From positions 19,008-83,007 of the IMG/VR virus record IMGVR_UViG_3300009702_000021: DNA of 64,000 nucleotides; one strand, 5' to 3'. A program made the translations under genes and the position numbers. Source of the DNA: a virus. Positions 1 to 10,085 of this stretch are shown here, piece by piece; within the stretch, counting starts at the first letter, position 1; each line of letters starts with the position of its first letter. Below the pieces are notes generated by a model, which had not been told where the DNA came from, ran no database searches, and was given only the letters and a program-made list of their open reading frames with translations.

Positions 1-424
1 GCTAGCAGTAAACGTGACTGCTGGTGCGGCGATGACACTCACGGCTGGTGGGCTCTTGTCGATGATCGGCTCCGGGGTCTCGATGAACAGCGGAGGCGGA
101 CCGACTACGGTCGTCAGCGGAGGACTGGTGACCAAGCAGTTCCTAGGCGCGGTACAGGAGACGATCACCGGGATACTGACACAGACCCTGAACGGTGCTG
201 CAACCATCAACGCCGCCGGACTCTACGCAGTGATCGGGGCCTCTATCCAGCTCGGGATCACGGCAGCGCTCAAGAGCCTAGTTACCCAAGACGTTTTCGC
301 CCAGTGGGGAAACCTCCATACTCACGGAGGAGGATCCGTTCCTGACCAGAAGGTCGTTCCCTCTGCAACGGGCCCAGACGTCGACATCAACCTCGTGACT
401 ACACAGAACGTGACTGCGAGCTAG
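1..424 (+). CDS. Baseplate central spike (gpV/gp5-like) C-terminal part, 5'-truncated by the window edge
   Basis: Gly/Thr/Ala-rich beta-strand repeats ending in an HTH(G) motif (NLHTHGG), like the HxH metal-binding tip of spike proteins; frame is open to position 2; lies upstream of gp25 and baseplate J. Confidence 0.55.
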   Translation, partial: LAVNVTAGAAMTLTAGGLLSMIGSGVSMNSGGGPTTVVSGGLVTKQFLGAVQETITGILTQTLNGAATINAAGLYAVIGASIQLGITAALKSLVTQDVFAQWGNLHTHGGGSVPDQKVVPSATGPDVDINLVTTQNVTAS

Positions 425-461
425 GTGAGGATCAGATACTATGCCCACCAAGGAGGCCTAA

Positions 462-662
462 GTGGCCTACAAGATCACCTTCACGGACGGCGTCATCAGG
501 CAGTTCCCGCTCGGGACCCAGCCGTGCTGCATCGCGCTCGACGAGTCTAAGAACAAGTGGGCCATGAAGAAGGTCCAGGACCTCCAGGCCGGTGACCACT
601 TGGCCTTCTACTATGAAGCCAAGGGGCCGACGCAGGAGGTCCAGGTGGTCGAGGCAGTCTAG
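462..662 (+). CDS. Small hypothetical protein resembling a fragment of a Hint/intein fold
   Basis: AAGGAGG RBS upstream; sequence pattern YKITFTDG...W..KKVQDLQAGDHL...EVQVVEAV. Confidence 0.55.
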   Translation: MAYKITFTDGVIRQFPLGTQPCCIALDESKNKWAMKKVQDLQAGDHLAFYYEAKGPTQEVQVVEAV

Positions 663-686
663 CCATACACGCAGGAGTAACTCACC

Positions 687-2219
687 ATGGCTCGCAATAC
701 TCTCGCCGTTGAATACATGACGCCTGCTACGCAGGTCCAGGTCTACCGACTCAACAACGGTTCATTCATCGCCCTCGGAAACCCGTTCACTCCGTCGAAC
801 GGAATGGTCACGAACGCCAGCCCTCCCGCCCACACGAATCTGGCGGTCGAGTTCGGTGGAGACTTCTATGTCAACGTCGCCGGAGACGTGAGGAAGCTGG
901 ACCCTTCCACGGACAACTGGGTCGCTGAGACCCTCCCGGCCGTGACGCTCGATGCGAATGTGGACTTCACTGGGTTCTTTATCGGGTGGAGCAGCGCGGG
1001 GATCCCTCGCCTCTGTTGGGCACTCAGGACGAACACGAATCTCGCCAGGACGATGTACCTCGAACTAGGCGGGGCTTGGACCCTCGGTGCTCCGGGTCCC
1101 ATTGTGACCCAAACTGCAGGTCAGGGCCCTTCTGGGCGTGGCATGTTCCGCAACACATTCCACACGAGCCTAGGGGGCAATGAGAGTCACAACTACGACG
1201 TAGCGACTGACTCCTGGGGAGTCCAATTCTTGGGTCAGAATTCGAGGTCCCAGTTCGTTCGTGCGCGTGGCCGGTTCTTCATGTTGCGCACTACCAGTGA
1301 GAATCCGCTCGGTGGGTTCTTGGATATCCACGAGTTCATTGGTGGCGTCTGGGTCTTGATCATCGACGGGTCGATCGTCGGTCAGCCCATGCTTCAGGAT
1401 AACGGGATCGGCTATCCACTGAGCAGTGGAGGCAACTCCGCGGACGGCTTTGCTGCATTCTACGATCAGGCTGCTGACAAGATCATCATCGTCGCCTACG
1501 AGGACCTGGGCACAGTACAGACCCGTGGCATGAAGGTCCTCTCGGTCGACCCTGACACGCGCACCGTCGTGGATCTCACGACGCCAGTGGCGCCTGCGGC
1601 ACTCCGCTACAACACGACAGCCCCGAGCGCTGTGATTGACGCTCGCATTCGGATCCAGGTTGACAATGAGACGAACCCGCTCGCTCAGACCGTCTCGGTC
1701 TGGATCGAGATCGCTGACGGCCAGTACGAAGGCTTTGCCTACGCCAACACGACCACGACCATGACATCCCTCGGAACTGGTGGAGGACGCGAGATCGCCC
1801 TCGCGCACGACGTGATTGGTGGCGGCGAGTTCTTCTATGAGGGCTCCACGACGGCAGATCCATATCGGTCGGTGTTCGAGGTCCAGGCACGCGTCCCGAT
1901 CCCTGGCGGGACGCGCATGTTCTTTACCGCGTGGGTATTCGACGAGACCGGTGGAGCACCTGCGACGACTGACCTGACGCTCGCCATTTACTACAACAAG
2001 TCAGCCCAGGGCCTGTTTGGCAAGCCTGGCGCGCTCGCGTCAATCAGCGCTGTCGCAAAGGTTAGTGGGCCGGGATCGGCCCCGGTCCTGAGCGCCGGGA
2101 AGGTGAACAACGTCACGCCAGACGGGACAACGGTGTACTCCGTGGACTGGAATGCGGTCGGTGCGGCTCAGGTCGCAGACGGCGAGTTCCACCAGCTCAT
2201 GCCGCGCGTCGAGGTCTAG
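687..2219 (+). CDS. Putative virion structural/tail protein
   Basis: 510 aa beta-rich ORF with AGGAG RBS, within the baseplate cluster. Confidence 0.55.
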   Translation: MARNTLAVEYMTPATQVQVYRLNNGSFIALGNPFTPSNGMVTNASPPAHTNLAVEFGGDFYVNVAGDVRKLDPSTDNWVAETLPAVTLDANVDFTGFFIGWSSAGIPRLCWALRTNTNLARTMYLELGGAWTLGAPGPIVTQTAGQGPSGRGMFRNTFHTSLGGNESHNYDVATDSWGVQFLGQNSRSQFVRARGRFFMLRTTSENPLGGFLDIHEFIGGVWVLIIDGSIVGQPMLQDNGIGYPLSSGGNSADGFAAFYDQAADKIIIVAYEDLGTVQTRGMKVLSVDPDTRTVVDLTTPVAPAALRYNTTAPSAVIDARIRIQVDNETNPLAQTVSVWIEIADGQYEGFAYANTTTTMTSLGTGGGREIALAHDVIGGGEFFYEGSTTADPYRSVFEVQARVPIPGGTRMFFTAWVFDETGGAPATTDLTLAIYYNKSAQGLFGKPGALASISAVAKVSGPGSAPVLSAGKVNNVTPDGTTVYSVDWNAVGAAQVADGEFHQLMPRVEV

Positions 2220-2255
2220 GACTTGCGGTACCGCAAATCTCCTGAGGAGTAACCC

Positions 2256-4136
2256 ATGCCCCTGCCATCTGGCGGCGCATCACATGAACCAGCACTCGAT
2301 GCAGTTTCGGTTCCGCCAGCGGCTGGGCCGGCACAGGAGGTTGCACTCGATGCAGTTTCGGTTCCGCCAGCGGCTGGGCCCTCGCGTTCACTGTCCCTAT
2401 CTACAAGTGCAGGTGAGTCATCCGGTGCATCACAGGAGATGTCCGGTGACTTCCTTCCCCGCTCGTGGATAGGACCGGTCCAGGAGAAGCAGGGTAGCTT
2501 CCTCCCGGTACTGGCACCTACCAAGTTTTCGGGTCCAGCGCGTTCAGCCAAGATGGTCGCATCGCTGTTTCTCCCGCCAGGCGCAGGGCCGGCCCAGGAG
2601 TCACAGCTTGAAGCTGTAACTGGCCTCGCGCCCTTCGTAAACGATGTCGTAGTAGAGCAGCGTGATAGGGCCAATACTTTCCTGACCGACGTCTCCTTCC
2701 TTGCGGGTCAGGTGACGGGAGACAAGCTCTCGTTGGCAGTGGAGTGGCAGATCGGCGGTACGTCTGGGACATGGAATCCTGCGACTCCACAGACATTTGA
2801 TCGCAAGCATGATCCAGAGGACCCGGGTGGGATCATCCGTCGCGTGGATCGCCGTGGACTCGAGGGATACTGGCGCTTTGAGCAGGACTTCCTAGACACA
2901 GCGGAGTTCGCTCGCCCACTGACCGAGATCGGCACTGTTCCGTTCACTACAGGAGGCGTACAGGGAGACGCAGTCCAGTTCGCCAACAACTCAGCAAACT
3001 ACCTACAGCGCAACGTCGATGACCCCACCATGGCGTTCGCAGCTGATGATGACTTCACGCTGCGTGTCTGGGTCCGCTGGACCAGCATCGCGGGTTCCCA
3101 GACCATCATTGAGAAGTTCACTCCACCCTCTGGGCCGGGCTGGAGCCTGACCAAGCTCGTCGACTCTCGGATCCAGTTCCACTACGGTGGCCCACCGGGG
3201 CTTCTGATTGAGACCTCTGGCTCGCTCGCAGTCGCAGATGCAACTTGGCACCAGATCGTCGTGCGCCGCCGCACCAAGGTCCTCGAGGTGTTCTACGACG
3301 GGGCCAAGGCTGCGCTGGTCGTAGACCCTCCCGAGCCGATCACCCCGCTCGCTCCATCCACGAACTTCCTCACCCTGGGTCGTCGGTCGAACGGTACCCA
3401 GCCCCTGGATGCTGACGTGGATGAGGTTGCGATCTGGACGCGATCCCTCAGCAATGCAGAGGTAGTTCAGGACTATGCGGAGGGAGCCGGGCGAGTCCTC
3501 CCGGGCACCGAGACAGTTCCTCTCGGTCTTCCATTCAACTTCGTCTGGGACACGATCCGTGACCTACCGGAAGGAGAATTTGAGGACGTCTTCGTCAGGG
3601 TCAGCGTCTCCAACAACCCAACTACGTCGGTGATCGTTGGTCCGCTATCCATAGCTACGGTTGCTCTGACTTCCGAGGACGCCCTAGCACGGAACCTCCA
3701 GCGGCGCGCACTCGCTGATCGGGTCGATCAAGACTTCCTCGGATGTGGGCTCCTGATCCCGTTCTGCCGTGGCTCAAGGGATTTTGAGAATGCTTGTGGG
3801 GTTGAATTGGTCCGCTCATCTGTACGACAGATCCTCGGGACTCGTGCCGCGGTTGGTCAGTTCCCAGGTGACCTCCCGTGGCGCCCAGATTTCGGCAATA
3901 AGATATGGATCCTGAGGCACCGGAACAATGACAGGATCCTGCGTGAGGAGGCGGTAGCGTTCGTCCAGGAGGCCCTCCGGTTCGAGCCGCGGGTAGAGGT
4001 CACGGAGGTCGTCGCCTCCGTTAACCCTGAGGACCCGAACCGGCTTGACGTCACGGTCCGATACCGGATCATCAAGACGAACACCCTGGACAACAGGGTA
4101 TTCCTACCCGAGTTCGAGGAAGTGGTAACGATCTGA
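2256..4136 (+). CDS. Baseplate wedge gp25/GPW-like protein fused to a LamG (concanavalin A-like) domain
   Basis: LamG motifs (GYWRFE, FTLRVWV, TWHQIVV, VDEVAIWTRSLS); C-terminal gp25 motif (SVRQILGT..GDLPWRPDFG...ALRFEPRVEV). Confidence 0.8.
   Translation: MPLPSGGASHEPALDAVSVPPAAGPAQEVALDAVSVPPAAGPSRSLSLSTSAGESSGASQEMSGDFLPRSWIGPVQEKQGSFLPVLAPTKFSGPARSAKMVASLFLPPGAGPAQESQLEAVTGLAPFVNDVVVEQRDRANTFLTDVSFLAGQVTGDKLSLAVEWQIGGTSGTWNPATPQTFDRKHDPEDPGGIIRRVDRRGLEGYWRFEQDFLDTAEFARPLTEIGTVPFTTGGVQGDAVQFANNSANYLQRNVDDPTMAFAADDDFTLRVWVRWTSIAGSQTIIEKFTPPSGPGWSLTKLVDSRIQFHYGGPPGLLIETSGSLAVADATWHQIVVRRRTKVLEVFYDGAKAALVVDPPEPITPLAPSTNFLTLGRRSNGTQPLDADVDEVAIWTRSLSNAEVVQDYAEGAGRVLPGTETVPLGLPFNFVWDTIRDLPEGEFEDVFVRVSVSNNPTTSVIVGPLSIATVALTSEDALARNLQRRALADRVDQDFLGCGLLIPFCRGSRDFENACGVELVRSSVRQILGTRAAVGQFPGDLPWRPDFGNKIWILRHRNNDRILREEAVAFVQEALRFEPRVEVTEVVASVNPEDPNRLDVTVRYRIIKTNTLDNRVFLPEFEEVVTI
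2292..2380 (+). repeat. 38-bp direct repeat (period 51) in the N-terminus of the gp25 fusion
   Basis: gcactcgatgcagtttcggttccgccagcggctgggcc at 2292-2329 and 2343-2380 (ALDAVSVPPAAGP twice). Confidence 0.9.
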
Positions 4137-4336
4137 TGTCCAGCCAAGCAACGCCGCGAACTTCTAACTTCCTCGCCTGGCTCACGACTGAGCCGGATCA
4201 CCACGAGGTCCGGTCGGCGCCGGGGACCTACTGCCGAGACCATTCTCTGGGTGAAGTGCTCTACTGTGGAAAGTGCAAGAAGGCGTGGAGCCCGTGCTGT
4301 AGCGAGTCGCGCCCGTGTCCGCAGGAGGAACGCTAG
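4136..4336 (+). CDS. Small Cys-rich hypothetical protein
   Basis: Start overlaps the upstream stop; CxxH and CxxC motifs; fills the gap exactly between gp25 and baseplate J. Confidence 0.45.
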   Translation: MSSQATPRTSNFLAWLTTEPDHHEVRSAPGTYCRDHSLGEVLYCGKCKKAWSPCCSESRPCPQEER

Positions 4337-5878
4337 ATGGTCTCAACGATCACCAGCCAGGCGAGTGACTTCACGAGCCGGGACTTCGACTCATGGGTGA
4401 TCCAGCTACGCTCTAACGTCAACGCGGCATTTCCTGGCTGGACCGACTTCAATACATCTAACTTCGGCAACATCCTCCTCGAGATGTTCGCCCACACGCT
4501 TGATGTCCTGAGCTTCTACCAGGACCAGCAATACCTCGAGACCCGGATCATGTTTGCCCAACTGCGCCGGTCCATGATCGCCCTGGGTAAGAACGTGGGA
4601 TTCGAGCTGCCCGGAGCCGTCGCGGCCACCGCGGACCTCGAGTTCACCTTCGCTGACGGACTAACTCGGGCGACCGACCTGATCATTCCCCAGGGGACGG
4701 TCGTCAGGACCAACGACCTGACGGATAACGTCGAGTTCGACCTCCTGGCCCCAGCCACGATCACGGCTGGTCTGATCCAGGTCAGCAGCCAGAGCGCCGA
4801 ACAAGCCCGGGCCCAGGTCCAGGCGATCACTGCAGACGGTACGGCGGACCAGCGTGCTCAGTTGAACGCTACTCCCTACCTTGACCGGTCTGCCTCTGTC
4901 TTGTTCGGAATCACCGCCTGGACCGAGGTCGACGACTTCCTCTCGAGCGGTCCCGCCGATACCGTGTTCCGCGTGGCCGTGGACGAGAACGACCGTGCGG
5001 CCCTGATATTCGGTGACGGCATCAACGGGGCAATCCCGTCTGGCGGAGGCACGGTTGACTACAAGACCGGGGGAGGGAGCCAGGGAAACGTGGATGCCAA
5101 CACGATCGATACCTTCCGCGACGGTAGCGTCTTCACGACGATCGGTGGAGAGTCGGTCCAGCTGCTCGTGCGGAACCCTAGCGCGGCATCTGGCGGTGTA
5201 GACCGCATGTCCGTCGAGGAGGCCAGGGTGGCGATCCCTGCGAGCCTCAGGACTGTCGGGAACCGGTCCGTGACCCGCGACGACTTCGAGGACAACGCGA
5301 AGAAGGTCCGCGGCGTGGCCCGCGCGATGATGCTGACCTCGGACGACGACGCGACGATCCCGGAGAACACGGGGCGTCTCTACATCGTCCCGGTCGGCGG
5401 TGGTCTCCCGAGCGCAGCACTCAAGACTGAGGTCGCCGACTTCATCAACACCAGCTTCCCTCCAACGATCACGTTCACGTTCAGCGTCGAGGATCCTGTC
5501 CTTCTGATCATCTCGTTCGACGCCGTGACCCACCTCAACCCGGGCGTGACTGAGGTTGAGGCCCGGACGGCAGTAGAGGCATCCCTCGATGCCTTCTTCT
5601 CACTGCTGAACGCTGACGGGTCAGAGAACAGCCAGATTGACTTCGGATTCAAGATCCGCACCGAGCGGATGCCGGCTGGGTCCCTCACTGGTGAGATCCC
5701 GTTCTCGGACCTGTTCAACGCTGTCCGTGATGCTGCGTTGCCTGACGGCCGGCTCGCCTTCCGCAAGGTGGAAGAGGACACGTTCGTGCCAGCCAACGAC
5801 GTCGTCTTGCTTGATACCGAATTCCCCGTAGTTGGGAGCATATCACTCACCAATGGACAGACGAGCGCGCCTTACTAA
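4337..5878 (+). CDS. Baseplate wedge protein (baseplate J / gp6-like)
   Basis: DFTSRDFDS, WTDFN.SNFG..LLE, FGDGING, GG.DR.S.EE, R.VTRDDFE motifs typical of baseplate J. Confidence 0.9.
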   Translation: MVSTITSQASDFTSRDFDSWVIQLRSNVNAAFPGWTDFNTSNFGNILLEMFAHTLDVLSFYQDQQYLETRIMFAQLRRSMIALGKNVGFELPGAVAATADLEFTFADGLTRATDLIIPQGTVVRTNDLTDNVEFDLLAPATITAGLIQVSSQSAEQARAQVQAITADGTADQRAQLNATPYLDRSASVLFGITAWTEVDDFLSSGPADTVFRVAVDENDRAALIFGDGINGAIPSGGGTVDYKTGGGSQGNVDANTIDTFRDGSVFTTIGGESVQLLVRNPSAASGGVDRMSVEEARVAIPASLRTVGNRSVTRDDFEDNAKKVRGVARAMMLTSDDDATIPENTGRLYIVPVGGGLPSAALKTEVADFINTSFPPTITFTFSVEDPVLLIISFDAVTHLNPGVTEVEARTAVEASLDAFFSLLNADGSENSQIDFGFKIRTERMPAGSLTGEIPFSDLFNAVRDAALPDGRLAFRKVEEDTFVPANDVVLLDTEFPVVGSISLTNGQTSAPY

Positions 5879-6069
5879 TGAGTGAAGCTGAGAAGATCGC
5901 CAGAGCATTCCATGAGGCCTACGAGCGGCTTGCTCCTGCATACAGCTACAAGACCCGAAAGGCCAGTGCCGTAGACTGGCTTGATGTACCGGAGAACAAC
6001 AGGGCCCTCATGGTGGCTACCGTTCAGGACCTCATCGACCGTGGTGATGTTGCGGTACCGCAAACATGA
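5878..6069 (+). CDS. Small phage protein, RyR-repeat-like
   Basis: IARAFHEAY...W.DVPE.NR pattern; start overlaps the upstream stop. Confidence 0.5.
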   Translation: MSEAEKIARAFHEAYERLAPAYSYKTRKASAVDWLDVPENNRALMVATVQDLIDRGDVAVPQT

Positions 6070-6178
6070 CCAGGATGGCGGACAAGATGATTCGGTTTTC
6101 GACGCAGAGACGGGGTCTGGCCCGATCTGTAGGAAGCAGTCCTCACCTTGAGTTTCTCTCGGTATTTGAGGGTCGGTC

Positions 6179-6907
6179 GTGAGCTTTCTCCTCGAGGGTC
6201 TCATCCCGGACTTCAACCTCAGGATCGACGATCCCGTCATCGTCGTCCCCGGAGAGACCGTCACTCGAGGCTGGCTCGACGTCTTCCTGAACGAGATTCT
6301 CCAGCCGTCGCTCGATGATGCCTGTTCCGAGGCGCGGCGCTGGATTGACCAACAGGACATCGACACCGCAGACTCACAGACCATCGACGCTATCCTCCGG
6401 GACCTCGGAAACCCGTTCGAGATCGCATTCAGCCTGCCACTGAACCGTCGACGCCTACTCGCCCGCGTCCTGTTTGACGTCTACAAGAGCAAGGGCACCA
6501 CGACGGGCATGGAACAAGTGATCTTCGCCCTTACCCAGATCGCGGCAACGGTGGTGGCCCCGGGGACAGTATCTGCGTTCATCCTCAATGAGGACGAGCT
6601 GGCAGATACGCCTACCGTGCCCCCTCCGGTGCCAGACGAGAGCCTGACCAGCTTCGGGTTCTTGGGCGTCTCACCGGGGTTCAACTTCTACAGCTTCCAG
6701 GTCGACGTTCCTCAGGTGCTTACCTCAGAGGAACGCGCTATCATCACGGAGATCGTGCTGCTGATGAAGCCGGCACATACACACTTCGTAGGATTCATCG
6801 AGCCGGCGGCCGGGACGTCGATTGATCACTGGGAGTTAGGGCTGAGTCACCTGACGGATCCGAGCGAGCCACTCCTCGGGGACGAAGCCGACATCCACGG
6901 GCCGTAG
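6179..6907 (+). CDS. Baseplate/tail protein I-like
   Basis: YKSKGT..G and KPAHT motifs of P2 gpI-like proteins; position after baseplate J. Confidence 0.8.
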   Translation: MSFLLEGLIPDFNLRIDDPVIVVPGETVTRGWLDVFLNEILQPSLDDACSEARRWIDQQDIDTADSQTIDAILRDLGNPFEIAFSLPLNRRRLLARVLFDVYKSKGTTTGMEQVIFALTQIAATVVAPGTVSAFILNEDELADTPTVPPPVPDESLTSFGFLGVSPGFNFYSFQVDVPQVLTSEERAIITEIVLLMKPAHTHFVGFIEPAAGTSIDHWELGLSHLTDPSEPLLGDEADIHGP

Positions 6908-6928
6908 GTCAGCAGCAGAGGTTAGACA

Positions 6929-8641
6929 ATGGATCGTAAGGACTTCTACTTCAGGCAGCGCCTCGCGCAGAGCGAGATGGACGATGCCTTCCAGGCAGCC
7001 GAGCTAGCAGATCAGCGGATCATGTCTGACGTGCTCGGTGCTGGATTCTTCATCGACGTGAGCAACACGGCGGTGGTGGTCGAGTCTAGCCCCCCGGCGC
7101 TCACCGTCAGCGCCAGTCAGCTCCTCGGTTACGACCAGCTGGGGCAGCGGCTCTCGAACCTGAGTAGCGCATTCCAGGGAGGCATTGAGATCGGGACTGC
7201 ACCGCCCTACACGGTGGACCTCTCGGTCGATGAGAACGGCGCGGCAACAACCGTAGCAGCTCCGGGTAATGAACGCATCCTGACGATCTTCGTCAAGTTC
7301 GCGCGGAGACTGCTCGACCCGAGAGTGGACGGTAACGCCACCACGGTGTTCTTCGTTCGGGATGAGTCGATCCAGTTCAACGTAGCTCAGAGCGCGGAGG
7401 CGGCAGCCGGTACGGCGGTCCCGACGCCGGCTAGGACCGACGAGCTGATCCTCGCAGACGTTACTCGGATCTTCGGTCAGACGACCTTCCTCAACGCCGA
7501 CATCGACCAGTCACGACGCCAGGACTTTGCATTCTCCATCCTGCACGGTCCAAGCCATGCGGAGAATGGTGCAGACCCTGTCCCGAACGCCGTGGCGGTC
7601 GCGGGCCAGGGTGGGCTCCTGTCGGGTGCGGACAAGATCAAGCTCGACGACATCACCTTTACCCCCGCTGGAATCGGGACACGCCTGGGAAACACCCACT
7701 ATCGCGACTTCCAGCCTACGAACATCAGCGCTCCGGCCGGGACCTCACTCGATGTCACTGGTTCCCTGGTCGGCAAGAACGCAACGGGCTCCCCGACCGT
7801 TGAGGGGGTTCTGGTCACGCCCCCGGACAACACGGTGATCATCAAGGACAGCGACCGGGACGACTTCCTCGATGCGAACGGTAACAAGGTCTATGCCCGG
7901 CTGACCGAAACAGCTGGCGTCTGGACGCTGTCGTTCGTCAGCTTCGTCGAGGGCGCTCCTGGAACCGAGACCGCGTTCGACATGACCCCGTTCGCCGGCC
8001 AGGCCGTCCTGTGGTACATCCAGGAGGCCTTCTTCATCCACAACACCCCGCCGGCAAACGCACAACGGTCGATCCCCTCCGACCAGGTCGCCGCCGAGGT
8101 CCCGACCGCGTCGACGACTGTCCAGGGCAAGGGCCTCAAAGCCAACAACCCAGGCACTCAGCCGGCCGTACCGCAGATCGGCACCATCGCTGAGATCCAG
8201 AACAACACGGTTGAGCTGGCTGGAGGTCCGTGGCACACGATCAACCTCCCGTCCGGTGGAGCGTCCAGCTCGAGCCCCGGCGTGGTTGACATCCCGGCCA
8301 GCGCTGGCCCTTCAGGTCCAACCGGGCCCACTGGGCCTACGGGACCAACTGGCCCCGCTGGTCCTGGGTTCTCTAGCGCGAGTAGCTACTCCCTGAGCCC
8401 GAACATTCCTAGCTTCCCATCCGGTGGCTCGACCATCGCGTTCCCTGCTGGGTTCCCGGTCCGGGGATTCACGGTCACCAACGCAAAGTTAAACCTCCCG
8501 ATTGGCGGTCAGGCTGATACATTCGTGATCACCAATGCAGTGATTTCCGGCTCTCAGGTCAACGTTACAGAGTCCCATACGGACTCTGGTGGCGGGAGCG
8601 CAGATATCATCGCCCAGATCGGCGTGGTCAGCTTCGGGTAG
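6929..8641 (+). CDS. Tail fibre-like protein with a short collagen-like repeat
   Basis: N-terminal MDRKDFYFRQRL...E.D anchor-type sequence; GPSGPTGPTGPTGPTGPAGP near 8306-8368. Confidence 0.7.
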   Translation: MDRKDFYFRQRLAQSEMDDAFQAAELADQRIMSDVLGAGFFIDVSNTAVVVESSPPALTVSASQLLGYDQLGQRLSNLSSAFQGGIEIGTAPPYTVDLSVDENGAATTVAAPGNERILTIFVKFARRLLDPRVDGNATTVFFVRDESIQFNVAQSAEAAAGTAVPTPARTDELILADVTRIFGQTTFLNADIDQSRRQDFAFSILHGPSHAENGADPVPNAVAVAGQGGLLSGADKIKLDDITFTPAGIGTRLGNTHYRDFQPTNISAPAGTSLDVTGSLVGKNATGSPTVEGVLVTPPDNTVIIKDSDRDDFLDANGNKVYARLTETAGVWTLSFVSFVEGAPGTETAFDMTPFAGQAVLWYIQEAFFIHNTPPANAQRSIPSDQVAAEVPTASTTVQGKGLKANNPGTQPAVPQIGTIAEIQNNTVELAGGPWHTINLPSGGASSSSPGVVDIPASAGPSGPTGPTGPTGPTGPAGPGFSSASSYSLSPNIPSFPSGGSTIAFPAGFPVRGFTVTNAKLNLPIGGQADTFVITNAVISGSQVNVTESHTDSGGGSADIIAQIGVVSFG

Positions 8642-8706
8642 GATCGCAGAGTGGGGCCTGAGTTTGCGGTACCGCAAACCGTTAGAGCACAGCAAAGGAG
8701 CACCTG

Positions 8707-9300
8707 ATGAGGCATTACCTTGGCTATACGGTGACTGGCGTGATCCGCTACATCGCATTCGGCCCACTACCGGTGGCGTGTGATCCGAACACTCCTGGGT
8801 CCGACGATACCGCTGACCACTTGATCGCCGAGGCTGCCCGGGACTGGCCGGACGTGATCGGCTGGCTCGAGTACAACTGCGCCTGTGCCGATGACCAGTT
8901 CGGGACCTGCCAGTGCCCCCAGGCCCGGACTCAGGACTCGAACGTCGACATCAGCGGCGCCCCGGTCATGGCGACGCTTCCCACGGCGTCCTGGAAGCTC
9001 GACGGGGTCGCTAAGGCGGTCAACACCCGGGAGGCACCGGAGGTCCTCACGCCGGGCGCCACGGTCGCCGGCAAGCTCGTGGTAGCCCTCCCAGACACAA
9101 CCGAGCTGAGCCTCGAGGCAATCCCGGGTATGGGCGCCATCCTCGCGGACGGCCTCCCGGCGACCCTGACGATCACATCAGGGGAATCCGACGCCGTCAA
9201 CCTCACGGTCCCGCCGGCAGGCATCACTGGTGGCGTCCGGGTTCACACGGAGGGAGTCCACACGATCGCCGGCATGTTCATTCGCGGGAGCCTCTCGTGA
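8707..9300 (+). CDS. Hypothetical protein, possibly tail-fibre associated
   Basis: AAAGGAG RBS; CxC..CxC cluster; directly follows the fibre gene. Confidence 0.5.
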   Translation: MRHYLGYTVTGVIRYIAFGPLPVACDPNTPGSDDTADHLIAEAARDWPDVIGWLEYNCACADDQFGTCQCPQARTQDSNVDISGAPVMATLPTASWKLDGVAKAVNTREAPEVLTPGATVAGKLVVALPDTTELSLEAIPGMGAILADGLPATLTITSGESDAVNLTVPPAGITGGVRVHTEGVHTIAGMFIRGSLS

Positions 9301-10085
9301 GCCTGGACCTGATCGAGCGCCACAAGAAGGACCGCGCGAAGATCCTCACAGTCCTCGAGAGCGCGCCAAGCTTCCCCACCCCACAGGACATCCACTCGGT
9401 CAGCGTACCGGTTCCTCACGTCCAGTGGTGTGGACAGCAGAAGGGTGAGTATGAGGGGGAGGCCCTCAGCGAGTACGGCGATCGGACGCCGGTAAAGATG
9501 CCCTTCGAGTGGCTGACCAAGGACATCATGGTGATGAGGAACACCCTCGATCACTATCCCGGCGGACCCGGGGAGGCAATCAGGGTCGCAGAGTCGGTTA
9601 ACAACTGGCGCCGGACTGACGTGATGACGGCGGACGATAAGCCGCGGATCATCTATGACGATGAGTCTCGGAACAACGATGCTCTGTCAATCTGGCGGGG
9701 TAATGATGAGGCCCTAGTACTCCTCGAGCGTGCCTTGATGCTCGTATCGAGCGCCGCCGTGTTTTGCTACCAGACCAACAACACGTTCCTCGATGTCCGG
9801 CATGACATGGGCTACCTACTCAACCGCTATCGTGAAGGTCAGTACTTCCGGGCCCACATCGACACGGTTCGGAACGACGCCTACCTCGCCCTGCGGCGAC
9901 TGAGCCTGGTGATCTTCCTCAACTCAGTCGAGGAAGGCGGAGAGCTGCTGTTCATCCGCGACAACATCAAGATCAAGCCAGAGCCAGGCCTCGCCGTCGC
10001 CTTCCCAGCCGGGATCACGCACCCACACGAGGCGTGCGAGGTCACGAAGGGCGTCAAGTACGCGATCGTGACGTGGTACGTCTGA
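9297..10085 (+). CDS. 2OG-Fe(II) oxygenase (prolyl 4-hydroxylase-like)
   Basis: HID...LSLVIFLN..EGGEL...HEA..V.KG.KY.IVTW motifs. Confidence 0.85.
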   Translation: MSLDLIERHKKDRAKILTVLESAPSFPTPQDIHSVSVPVPHVQWCGQQKGEYEGEALSEYGDRTPVKMPFEWLTKDIMVMRNTLDHYPGGPGEAIRVAESVNNWRRTDVMTADDKPRIIYDDESRNNDALSIWRGNDEALVLLERALMLVSSAAVFCYQTNNTFLDVRHDMGYLLNRYREGQYFRAHIDTVRNDAYLALRRLSLVIFLNSVEEGGELLFIRDNIKIKPEPGLAVAFPAGITHPHEACEVTKGVKYAIVTWYV

